A stretch of 64,000 bases of DNA. Origin: Methyloligellaceae bacterium (GTDB lineage Bacteria > Pseudomonadota > Alphaproteobacteria > Rhizobiales > CBDHHC01). Location of the stretch: assembly GCA_050633205.1 (NCBI GenBank), contig JBOEGA010000020.1:1387-65386 (forward strand), written 5' to 3'. Below are positions 1 to 9,000 of this stretch, in pieces. The first letter of the stretch is position 1. Every line of letters begins with the position of its first letter. The notes under the pieces were generated by a model. It saw only the letters and a program-made list of their open reading frames with translations. It was not told the DNA's origin and searched no databases. Both the position numbers and the translations under genes were made by a program.

Positions 1-1118
1 TGAATGGCGCGAACTGCGGTATTTGTTTTCCATGCGTTAAACGTACCCGTAGGAACCACCAGCTCCATATAGGATTCCGCACCGGAAGTGGCAACATCAA
101 CAGAACCACCGGGGCCTTCAAGAGACCATCTTGGATCTAGCGAAGCACCACTGAAGTCATCAGAAATAAAATCGCCGGCAGGGGCATCAACTGAAATAGT
201 AACTGTCACATCTGAGGATTGGCCGGTGCCATCATCGGCACGGTACACAAAACTGTCTGCGCCATAGAAGCCTGCCTCCGGAGTATAATTAAAGCTGCCG
301 TCACTGTTCAAAGCCAGAGTGCCATTGGAAACATCTGAAATAAGGACTGCCGTTAATGTATCGCCATTGGCATCAGTATCATTATCCAGCACCCCAGGTG
401 TCGTAACCTGCAAGGCAGTATCCTGCCCTGTTGAGTAACTGTCATCAACACCAACTGGTGCTTCCTGAGTGGCAGAAACCTCGGAATTTGTTGAATCTGG
501 AGGGGGGCTTTGAGAAATGGAACCATCCTCGTTCGCGATTGGCTCTGCTGTATTAACGAAGTAATCGACCTGAGCGACATATCCATCATTTTGTGCTGCC
601 GCAAAAACACCAGTGGCGGAGACATTAAGAGAGTGGTTATAGGAACCTGCTGTTGACCAGTTCACGCCATCGGCAGAATATTGGAAAACCCAGTTGCTGC
701 CTGATCTGGTGACGCGTAAATAATCTGCATCACCCTCGGAAATTGTAATATTAAACTTGGAAACAGATGTGCCATTAGTCGTCGCTGCTCCAAACAGGTG
801 CAGGGATGTTCCGTCATGATACACATCAAACCGTATGAAATTCGCATCATCCTGCTCAATCAGGATGCCATGGTTCTGATAATCATCTGTAGGAGCGCTT
901 AAAAAGCGGGCTTCAACTTCAAAATCTTCATTATCAGCGGCCTGCATACTGCGAACAGCGGTATTGGTGTGCCAGGCATTGTAGGTGCCGCTTGGCACAA
1001 CCAGCTCAAGATAGGCTTCATCGCCGGAAGTAGCCAGATTCTGTGATGCCCCTGTACCCTCCAGTTGCCATATCGGGTCAATAGTTTCGCCACTAAAATC
1101 ATCTGAAGTAATACTCAT
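1..1118 (-). CDS. Large repeat/adhesin-like protein, first 372 codons only (the gene runs off the left edge). Order is LamG/concanavalin-like module, cadherin-like module, second LamG-like module
   Basis: My own minus-strand translation from ATG 1118-1116 stays open to position 1. It reads MSITSDDFSGETIDPIWQLEGTG...LELVVPSGTYNAWHTNTAVRSMQ, then DDSYSTGQDTALQVTTPGVLDNDTDANGDTLTAV...YGADSFVYRADDG, then a second copy DDFSGASLDPRWSLEGPG...MELVVPTGTFNAWKTNTAVRAI. It is absent from the ORF track because there is no stop in the window. The three listed minus ORFs here are in other frames. Confidence 0.75.
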   Translation of the reverse strand, partial: MSITSDDFSGETIDPIWQLEGTGASQNLATSGDEAYLELVVPSGTYNAWHTNTAVRSMQAADNEDFEVEARFLSAPTDDYQNHGILIEQDDANFIRFDVYHDGTSLHLFGAATTNGTSVSKFNITISEGDADYLRVTRSGSNWVFQYSADGVNWSTAGSYNHSLNVSATGVFAAAQNDGYVAQVDYFVNTAEPIANEDGSISQSPPPDSTNSEVSATQEAPVGVDDSYSTGQDTALQVTTPGVLDNDTDANGDTLTAVLISDVSNGTLALNSDGSFNYTPEAGFYGADSFVYRADDGTGQSSDVTVTISVDAPAGDFISDDFSGASLDPRWSLEGPGGSVDVATSGAESYMELVVPTGTFNAWKTNTAVRAI

Positions 1119-1513
1119 GCAACAGCTCCAACTGCATAGGGCTTGAGCCCGTATAAATTAATTGCCTCTATATCTTAGAAAAAACCTGATCCCCACATTT
1201 CCCATAAAATCAGGCAAGTGGATTATAGTGTTTGTTCAATTCGTTTGCAAACCGCTATTGTACTATTAGTCGCCTGAAATACATGATATTTTTCCAATAG
1301 TTGGCAGTTTACATAAAAAACTGACTACAGTTGTGTTTTCAGGAACACAGTATTGAATAAAGATCGAGACACGTACCTCTTTTGCAAGTAGAGGGCCACG
1401 GAGGAAAAATAGAGTGTGAAAAGTTAAGAAATAAAGTTAATACAGCCTCGATGATGAGCTGGACAACTGGCCCGTTGTTCTTCATAACAGGGTGTATTGA
1501 ACTATATTAACAA

Positions 1514-2734
1514 TTGGTACTTGCAATTATGGTTGGGGAAAATACTTCTGCAGATACGCAATGCCCTGCGTGTTACGCAAAACATACTGAAATCATCTAT
1601 TCAATCAATAACATACCGGTGCAAAGCTGTATTTTGCTTGATACTGAGGCAGAAGCACTGGAATACCCGTCCAGAGACCTTCAGCTGGCAGCCTGCAGAA
1701 CCTGCGGCTTTGTATTCAATCCGGTCTTCGATGAAGAAATCATGGACTACACGTCCAAAACTGAAGAGTCTCAACATTTCTCGGGAACTTTCAGTCGTTT
1801 TGCAAAAAAACTTGCTGAGGAAATTGCTGAAAAATGTGATCTGGAAGGTAAGTCAGTCCTGGAAATCGGCTGTGGTAAAGGAGATTTCCTGAAAGAATTC
1901 TGCTCTCTGAAGCCTTGTAAAGGATTGGGGATTGATCCCGGTTATTATGAGAACAAGGAGCGTGTAGATGAAGACAAATCAGATATCGAATTTATAGTAG
2001 ATTATTTCGGCCCGGAATATGAGCATCTTGAAGCTGATATCATAATCTGCAGACACACGCTGGAGCATGTCGCAAAACCGGCAGAATTTGTGAAAGACAT
2101 TAGAAATTGCATTGGCAATAAAAAAGCTGTATCAATATTCTTTGAAACCCCTGATGCAGAGCGTGTGTTTTCGGAGGGAGCTTTCTGGGATATATACTAT
2201 GAACACTGTAACTATTTTACACGTGAAACTCATGCCCGGTTGTTCAGGCAGCAGGGTTTTGAAGTAACAGAACTGGGGCTGATGTATGATGATCAGTATA
2301 TTTACCAGTATGCAATTCCTTCAGAAAATAACGATAAGGGAAAAACAGCAGAAGAAGATTCTTTGGATCAGTTGCACAGGCAACTCCTTGCTTTTCCTGA
2401 AAAAATACAACAGGTAAAAGATCACTGGAGTAATATCGTTAAAGAATATCACTCCTCAGGTAAGCATATTGCTGTCTGGGGCGGTGGTTCCAAATGTGTA
2501 GCATTCCTGACGACACTCGGGTTTAAAAGTGAAATTTCCTGGATAGTCGATATCAACCCGTTTAAGCAGGGGAAATATGTTCCGGGCACAGGACACAAAA
2601 TAGTTTCTCCGGAAACTCTCAGTGAAAGCAATACTCCTCCGGATCTGGTAATAGTAATGAATCCGATTTATGTAAAAGAGATCCAGGCTCAGTTAAATTC
2701 TTTAAACATTCATCCTGAAATAATGGCTTTATAA
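1514..2734 (+). CDS. SAM-dependent C-methyltransferase with N-terminal zinc ribbon and C-terminal C-methyltransferase domain (TylCIII/NDP-hexose C-methyltransferase-type architecture)
   Basis: It has the zinc ribbon CPACY...x...CRTCGFVFNP, the SAM motif VLEIGCGKGDFL, and a Rossmann-like C-terminal segment HIAVWGGGSKCVAFL. The track start is TTG 1514. ATG 1529 (MVGENTSADTQCPAC) is more likely and matches the paralog's N-terminus. Confidence 0.8.
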   Translation: MVLAIMVGENTSADTQCPACYAKHTEIIYSINNIPVQSCILLDTEAEALEYPSRDLQLAACRTCGFVFNPVFDEEIMDYTSKTEESQHFSGTFSRFAKKLAEEIAEKCDLEGKSVLEIGCGKGDFLKEFCSLKPCKGLGIDPGYYENKERVDEDKSDIEFIVDYFGPEYEHLEADIIICRHTLEHVAKPAEFVKDIRNCIGNKKAVSIFFETPDAERVFSEGAFWDIYYEHCNYFTRETHARLFRQQGFEVTELGLMYDDQYIYQYAIPSENNDKGKTAEEDSLDQLHRQLLAFPEKIQQVKDHWSNIVKEYHSSGKHIAVWGGGSKCVAFLTTLGFKSEISWIVDINPFKQGKYVPGTGHKIVSPETLSESNTPPDLVIVMNPIYVKEIQAQLNSLNIHPEIMAL

Positions 2735-2735
2735 A

Positions 2736-3941
2736 ATGACAGCATCACCTCAAAATAATTGCAAATGCCCACAATGCCATTCCGATAATACGCAGATCAT
2801 TTTTAGTTACAAAGATGTACCTGTTTTATGTTGTCAGTTGTGGCCGGACACCACGGAAGCAAGGAAAGCTCCTCTGGGAGATATGGATCTTCTGTTGTGC
2901 AAAAATTGCGGTCTGATTATTAACAGTGCCTTCGATGAAAATCTGATGAAATATACTGCTGGCTACGACAATGCCTTGCACTTTTCTCCAAGGTTCCGTG
3001 AATATGCCGAGGAATTGGGGGCACGCCTTGTCAGGGATTATGATCTGAAAGACAAAAAGATCGCCGAGATTGGTTGTGGTGATGGTTACTTCATGGATCT
3101 GATGGTTCGTCATGGTGCAGCATCAGGCGTTGGTTTTGATCCTTCAATCAAAGGCATGGAAGACAAAACAACCGAATTCACGACATCGGGAAAAGTGCAG
3201 ATCATTACTGAATATTTCCGCACAGATCATCTACCCCATGAATTCGATGCAATAACCTGCCGTCATGTTTTAGAGCATTTGCCGGATCCCGGAGCATTCC
3301 TTAGAGATGTACGAAAAACGATCGGTGACAAGGACTGCATTTTATATTTCGAGGTGCCTAACGCCCAGTGGCTTCTGGAGTCTCACAGTATCTGGGATGT
3401 AATCTATGAGCACATCACCTACTGGACTGCTCCTGCAATAAGAACGTTATTTCTGCGTGCAGGCTTTGAGCCGGTTTCAATTACAACAGGTTACAATGAC
3501 CAGTTCCTTCGTATAGAAGCCAGACCGGGCAAGGGCGATCCTGACGCTGTACCAACATCGCAGGAAATTGAAGCACTGACAAAAACTTCAAATGAGTTTA
3601 CGGCTGCTGCCACAGGTCAGGTCGAAAAGTGGGAAACCAGGCTGAAAGACCTTGCGGCCAAAGGGCAGAAAGCAGTTGTATGGGGAGCAGGAGCAAAAGG
3701 CATCACATTTATTTCTGTGCTTGACCATATCGAAGAAAGCGTTGCAGCTCTGGTTGATATCAGTTACAGAAAACGCGGAAAATATGCGCCCAAACTTGCT
3801 GTCCCGGTGGTTCATGTTGATGATATGAAAGAGGTAAACCCGGCTCTTGTTTTAATCGCTAACGAGATATATTACGATGAAATCAAACAGACCCTGGCAG
3901 ATATCGGCCTGACACCGGAGTTTGACGTAATCACCGGATAA
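2736..3941 (+). CDS. Paralogous zinc-ribbon SAM-dependent C-methyltransferase
   Basis: It has CPQCHS...CKNCGLIINSAFD, IAEIGCGDGYF and KAVVWGAGAKGITFI, and is collinear with the upstream ORF. It starts 1 nt after the upstream stop. Confidence 0.8.
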   Translation: MTASPQNNCKCPQCHSDNTQIIFSYKDVPVLCCQLWPDTTEARKAPLGDMDLLLCKNCGLIINSAFDENLMKYTAGYDNALHFSPRFREYAEELGARLVRDYDLKDKKIAEIGCGDGYFMDLMVRHGAASGVGFDPSIKGMEDKTTEFTTSGKVQIITEYFRTDHLPHEFDAITCRHVLEHLPDPGAFLRDVRKTIGDKDCILYFEVPNAQWLLESHSIWDVIYEHITYWTAPAIRTLFLRAGFEPVSITTGYNDQFLRIEARPGKGDPDAVPTSQEIEALTKTSNEFTAAATGQVEKWETRLKDLAAKGQKAVVWGAGAKGITFISVLDHIEESVAALVDISYRKRGKYAPKLAVPVVHVDDMKEVNPALVLIANEIYYDEIKQTLADIGLTPEFDVITG

Positions 3942-3958
3942 ATAAAAACAGGAATAAC

Positions 3959-5128
3959 ATGTCCAAAGACACCGGAGCTCCCGCTGCTGTAAAGTGGAGA
4001 AGAAAGAACCCATATATGGCGACGGTTCTGACAAACCGTCTCCTGTCAGGAGACGGGTCTGCAAAGGAAATCCGTCATTTTGAATTTGATCTGGGAGACA
4101 GTGGAATTACCTACAGGCCCGGAGATGGCTTTGGCGTGATACCGCTTAACGATCCGGCACTGGTGTCAGACATTCTGCAACGCCTGAATTTACCCGCAGA
4201 AACACCGGTTCCCGGAAAAGACACAGATCTCGCAACATATCTGACAACAACCATGGAGGTCAGCAAACCTTCATCTGCTTTCCTCAAGGCAGTCGCCGAA
4301 AAAGGTAACAATGAAGAAATCAGTCGTCTTCTGGAAAATCGTGACCGCGAGGCAATAGAAGCCTACCTCTGGTCAAAAGACTGCCTCGACCTTCTGAATA
4401 TGCATCCTGAAATTTCATTCAGTGCAGAAGAGTTTGTTAAACTGCTCAGGCCGTTGATGCATCGGACCTATTCAATATCGTCCAGCCCGTCCAGAACTCC
4501 GGATCAGATACATACAACCATTGCTTGTGTCAGATATCATTCTCACAACCGTGATCGCGGCGGCGTATCATCAACATTTCTGTCAGATCGCGTGAATCCC
4601 GGTGACAAGGTGGGTGTTTTCATGGTCCCCAACAGGAACTTTCAGTTACCTGAAGGTGACTCAGACGTAACTGGCGGTGACCACAAGTCACTGATTATGA
4701 TCGGTCCCGGAACCGGAATAGCACCATTCCTTTCCTTCCTCCACGAACGCCAGATAACTGGAAATAAAGGGAAAAACTGGCTTTTCTTCGGCGACCAGCA
4801 CCGCAAAACCGACTATATCTACCAGTCAGAGATCGAACAGTTCCAAAACTCCGGAATCCTGACAAAACTAGACCTCGCCTTCTCCCGAGACCAGTCAGAA
4901 AAGCTCTATGTTCAGCATAAAATGGCGGAAAACGGCGCAGAACTCTACCGTTGGATACAAGACGGAGCCTATATCTACATATGCGGCGACGCCTCAAGAA
5001 TGGCCCCCGACGTCCACGAAGCCCTAACCGAAATCCTAATAACCCACGGCAACAAAACCGAAGACGAAGCAATAGACTATCTGGAAAAAATGCAGCTGGA
5101 AAAACGCTACCTTCGCGACGTTTACTAA
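3959..5128 (+). CDS. FAD/NADPH-binding ferredoxin-NADP reductase-type module of a CysJ-like diflavin reductase, lacking the flavodoxin domain
   Basis: Motifs are RKNPYMATVLTNRLLSGDGSAKEIRHFEFDL, RTYSISSSP, GPGTGIAPFLSF, YICGDASRMAPDV and the C-terminal RYLRDVY. It is collinear with residues ~215-589 of the ORF at 11523..13292. Confidence 0.85.
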   Translation: MSKDTGAPAAVKWRRKNPYMATVLTNRLLSGDGSAKEIRHFEFDLGDSGITYRPGDGFGVIPLNDPALVSDILQRLNLPAETPVPGKDTDLATYLTTTMEVSKPSSAFLKAVAEKGNNEEISRLLENRDREAIEAYLWSKDCLDLLNMHPEISFSAEEFVKLLRPLMHRTYSISSSPSRTPDQIHTTIACVRYHSHNRDRGGVSSTFLSDRVNPGDKVGVFMVPNRNFQLPEGDSDVTGGDHKSLIMIGPGTGIAPFLSFLHERQITGNKGKNWLFFGDQHRKTDYIYQSEIEQFQNSGILTKLDLAFSRDQSEKLYVQHKMAENGAELYRWIQDGAYIYICGDASRMAPDVHEALTEILITHGNKTEDEAIDYLEKMQLEKRYLRDVY

Positions 5129-5170
5129 CCTTATTAGTCAGAATTATTTACCCTGAAAAACGCTTGATTC

Positions 5171-5194
5171 GGGCTGTTTTGAACAAAACAGCCC
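5171..5194 (+). terminator. Stem-loop downstream of the reductase gene (GGGCTGTTTT-GAAC-AAAACAGCCC)
   Basis: A perfect 10-bp stem with a 4-nt loop lies 43 nt after the stop. There is no clear T-tract afterwards. Confidence 0.45.
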
Positions 5195-5595
5195 GGCTGC
5201 GATCATTTGCACCATATCCCAAAATAAAATACAGCGTTTTTTAAGTTATTGAAAAACAATGAATATCCTGAATTCTGTTATCCTAAAGCCTGCATTCTAT
5301 GCGCAATATGAATAGTTTATCTTGTCTATTACAAAAAAATCTGCCATTTTACGCGAGCGTTAGGTCAGCGTTGCTGTCCTTTAGTGAAGTTGGCGGGTTT
5401 ATGATAGTAATGTCATTAATGTCTGATACAATAGCATTACTACCATGAAAATTTTGACTTTATCTACAGATACCGGGAACGCCTAACGTCTCAGGATTAT
5501 TATCGAAACAGCAATAAATCTCGCAATACTGCGAAAAACAGATGTTGTACTTCTGATATTTCATATTTGACAATCTTGGTATCTCTGTAATTCTT

Positions 5596-5610
5596 ATGCA
5601 TACTATGCAT
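5596..5610. promoter_or_regulatory. Perfect 15-bp palindrome ATGCATACTATGCAT in the long gltB-like upstream region; candidate operator
   Basis: Read directly from the sequence. No regulator is assigned. Confidence 0.25.
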
Positions 5611-5925
5611 AAAATATGTGTCGGCTGGTAAATACAGGACATACACCATTTCAGCTGTGGCTTTTACCAAAAGGTATAAGACCTGTGATATGGTGTCAGA
5701 GGTTAATTAGAGTCCTGTAATCAATTGCTTTTGTGGAATGCAGATAAGGGCTCTGTATAACCGCAGAAGCTTCTTGCGTCCGGATCATACATCCTGGTGA
5801 TGAGAGCAAACAGCTGACACCCTTGGCTAAAATATAGAGGAAATCCTCAACTGGAGGAAATCCGTAGTTTTTAACATAGCTCAGTACGAAATATCTGAGA
5901 ATGGCAAATGGGTGCCGGACATAGC

Positions 5926-5970
5926 GTTAAGATCAAAGCTGTTGTGTTTTTGTGTCTATCTGATCTTAAC
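5926..5970 (+). promoter_or_regulatory. 10-bp inverted repeat GTTAAGATCA...TGATCTTAAC (25-nt spacer), 49 nt upstream of the gltB-like start; possible leader hairpin
   Basis: Read directly from the sequence. Confidence 0.3.
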
Positions 5971-6018
5971 CCGGATGTTGGGAAGCGTTCTGCCGAGCTT
6001 GTAAAGGGAGGAGACTGA

Positions 6019-9000
6019 ATGTCTGCGAATAGTAAAAATCCTTACGGCATTTACGACCATGACTTGGAAAAAAGCAGTTGTGGTGTTGGATTCATAACCC
6101 GTAAAGATAGTGTTCAAAGTCATGATGTCCTTCAAAAAGGGCATGAAGCTCTTTGCTCAGTTCCCCATCGGGGCGGTATGTCGTCCCAGGGCGTTGGCGA
6201 CGGAGCCGGGATCAGTGTAGATCTTTCTCTTAATTTCTTTAGAAAGATCACTGGCATAGAGACTTTGGAGCTTGGTAAATTTGGTGTTGGAAACTTTTTC
6301 ATGCCGGATGACCATTCGAATGATGCTCAGGCAGAAGAACTTATTGAAAATGTTCTGGGTAAATTAGGCCTGAAAACACTATTTAAACGCGATGTTCCTG
6401 TCGATAACAATGCAATTCGCCCGGCGGCTGTAAAAGACCAGTTTCCTATACGCCAATGGGTGTTTGCGGCCCCTGAAACTTTCTCAGAAGGGCAGACTTT
6501 TGATCAGTTAATCCACGAAGCTTTACTGGAAATTGAGAAAGAAGCTTATACTGACCCCGCTCTGTCAGGGTTGTATCCGGTTTCATTAAGTGCCCACACA
6601 CAGGTATATAAAGGCCGTCTGAGTTCCGATGAGGTTATGCCTTATTTCTGCGATCTGGTTGATCCGGAACATACAATCCATACCATGTTCTTTCATACCA
6701 GGTTCTCAACCAATACTGACCCCCATCCGACAATGGCACAGCCTTTCCGCCTCATGGCGCATAATGGTGAGCTGAATACCGATAAAAAGAGCCGCCTCTC
6801 TGAAGCTGCCATTGCTCGTACTAAAAATAGGAAAATAATTGCACCAAAAGGGCAGTCTGACAGTTCAAGACTGGATCAGACATTAGAGCGCCGTTTAATT
6901 GAGGATGATCTGGATATTGTTACTGCTGTGGTAGCAATGATGCCTCCTGCATGGGAAAATGATACGACAATATCCCCCGCAGTCAGAGATATGTTAGAAT
7001 ACTTCTCTCTATATGAGGAGAAAAATGACGGCCCTGCCGCTCTGATTTTTGGTAATGGTGACGTCGTTGGAGCTCGTTTGGACCGTTTGGGCTTAAGGCC
7101 TCTGAGAACTGTTGAAACAGATGACTATCTTTGTGTCATGTCGGAAGCAGGACAAATTGACTTTCCACCTGAATCTATAAAAAGCAGAGGTCGTATCGAA
7201 TCTGGTGGAATGCTTTTCTATGATCACAATGAGAAGCGGTCATATACAACAGATGAAGCTCTGGAAATGCTTGCTGCACGCAATGACTATAAAACATTGC
7301 TTGAACAGGCACGCGTCAATATCAATGATCTTGAAGAGACAATTACTGAAAAAGAATTCCAGCTTGCTCATAAGAAAGAAGACCTGAATTCTTTGCAGCG
7401 CTACGTTGCATATTCTCATAATCAGGAAAGCTTCAAATTCCTGATGGATCCGATGTTAAGCACAGGTGCTGAAAAAATCTCGGCTATGGGCTATGGCACG
7501 GCAATTAATACTCTGTCTGATCAGGAAGGCGGTATTTCAAAATACTTCTCCCAGAGATTTGCTCAGGTAACTAATCCGCCTCTCGATAGTCTTCGCGAAG
7601 CAGACGGCATGACATTACGTGTTGCATTAGGAGCAAAGCCAAAGTTTGACGAGGGCAAAACTCAGCAGATTGTCATCAACTCACCAGTCTTGCATTGGCA
7701 TGAACTTCGCAAGATCGAAGGTCAGAACAGAGTTCCATGCAAACGCTTTGAAATGCTGTTTGTTCCGGTTGCTGATGACGTGGAAGCAAATGCTGATGCA
7801 TTGGAGCGGGCTGTTGATGCCTTATGCGACCAGATTGAAATTTTTGCCCGGCATATAGGCGGTATCGCAATTATTTCTGACAGGCATATCAATAGCAAGT
7901 TTGCAGCTATCCCTCATGTCCTGGCTATTTCAGCAGTCAATCAGCGCTTGATTGAAGAAGGGTTGCGTTTCCGTATTTCGCTTATCGTCGAAAGCGGTCA
8001 GATCGCATCATCACACCATATCGCGACCACACTTGGCTTCGGTGCATCTGCTGTATATCCGTTCGCCGTACAGCTTCGGGCTGAAGAAAAATATGCAAGT
8101 GAAACAATAAAGGCATTCGCGCGTTTCGTTAAAGCTTCCGAAAAATCTTTAATGAAAACAATGGGTAAGGTGGGGCTTTGTACGGCAGAAAGTTATATCG
8201 CCGGCGAGTTCTTCGAGCCAAATTTTCTGAATACAAATGATCCGGTTCTGAAAAGATACTTCCCGAATGTTCCAACTCCTGTTGGAGGTGTTGGTTTTAA
8301 TGTTGTCGCAAAGGCTGCAAGAGACTGGCATTTTAGTGCCAGACAGGTCCAGCAGGAAAAAGATATTCCAATTCTCGGATTGTTCAAGGAGCGCAGTGAA
8401 GGTGCTGGCCATTCATTTGGTACGACAGCAGTCCGTGGCTTCGTTGACATGACGGAAGAAAAAATCTCGTACGCTGATAACGATGAAGTTAAAGGCGATG
8501 AAGATGCATTGCGTCTTATGCCCCTTGCGAACCTGGAAGATGCTTTTGGCCTGAACGATACGGCATATCGTTTCTCCGGCTTTAACAAAAGAACACCGGA
8601 AGAAATCAATAACTTTAAGGTTACCAACGGTTACCGCGATTTCTCAAGAATGATGGCAGAGGAACGCGCAAAGCGCCCATCAGCTCTACGCGATGTTTTG
8701 GATTTACCGGCAAATGTCAATTTTGCCCGCACAGCAGAAGAGTTTACCCGTTCAATGGCACGTCACTCGCTTCAGGGGAACAATGAGTTTCTTGTAAGTG
8801 GTTTGACAAATGAAGAAATTGAAAAAGGCAGGTTCCGTCTGACATTAACCGGGTCTGTAGGATCAAGCACTGAAAGACTGATTGCCCTTGGTACATCTTT
8901 TGTTGAGCGCTTCGGTACAGATATTCTGGATCGTCAGGTAACAGATGAAGATCTGACGATTGTCGTTACAGGCCGTACACTGGAATACTTCTCGCTTCTA

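Noticed and set aside
353-1102. Three minus-strand track ORFs (353..625, 662..859, 899..1102)
   Set aside because: They lie in the wrong frames inside the long open frame that starts at ATG 1118 and encodes recognisable LamG-like and cadherin-like domains. Their translations have no features.
4695-5244. Arg-rich antisense ORF 4695..5072(-) and +2-frame ORF 4951..5244(+)
   Set aside because: They are by-products of the extreme C/A third-position bias of the reductase gene's 3' end. Their translations are low-complexity (RRRR/PRRP), and no RBS is present.
5902-5915. Sigma-54-like TGGCAAATGGGTGC upstream of the gltB-like gene
   Set aside because: The GG-to-GC spacing is one nucleotide shorter than in the TGGCAC-N5-TTGC consensus, and that spacing is normally invariant.
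5129-6018. Glutamine (glnA-type) riboswitch in the GOGAT leader
   Set aside because: I looked for the conserved CGUUC...GGAAGUAG...AAGGAACG blocks as I recall them. I found only unrelated fragments (GGGAACGCC at ~5474 and AAGCGTTC at ~5982). A covariance-model scan would be needed to settle this.
8193-8627. Antisense or alternate-frame ORFs inside the gltB-like gene (for example 8193..8627, 10516..10872 and 9424..9711)
   Set aside because: They are embedded in a strongly supported 5.5-kb coding frame and have no independent signals.
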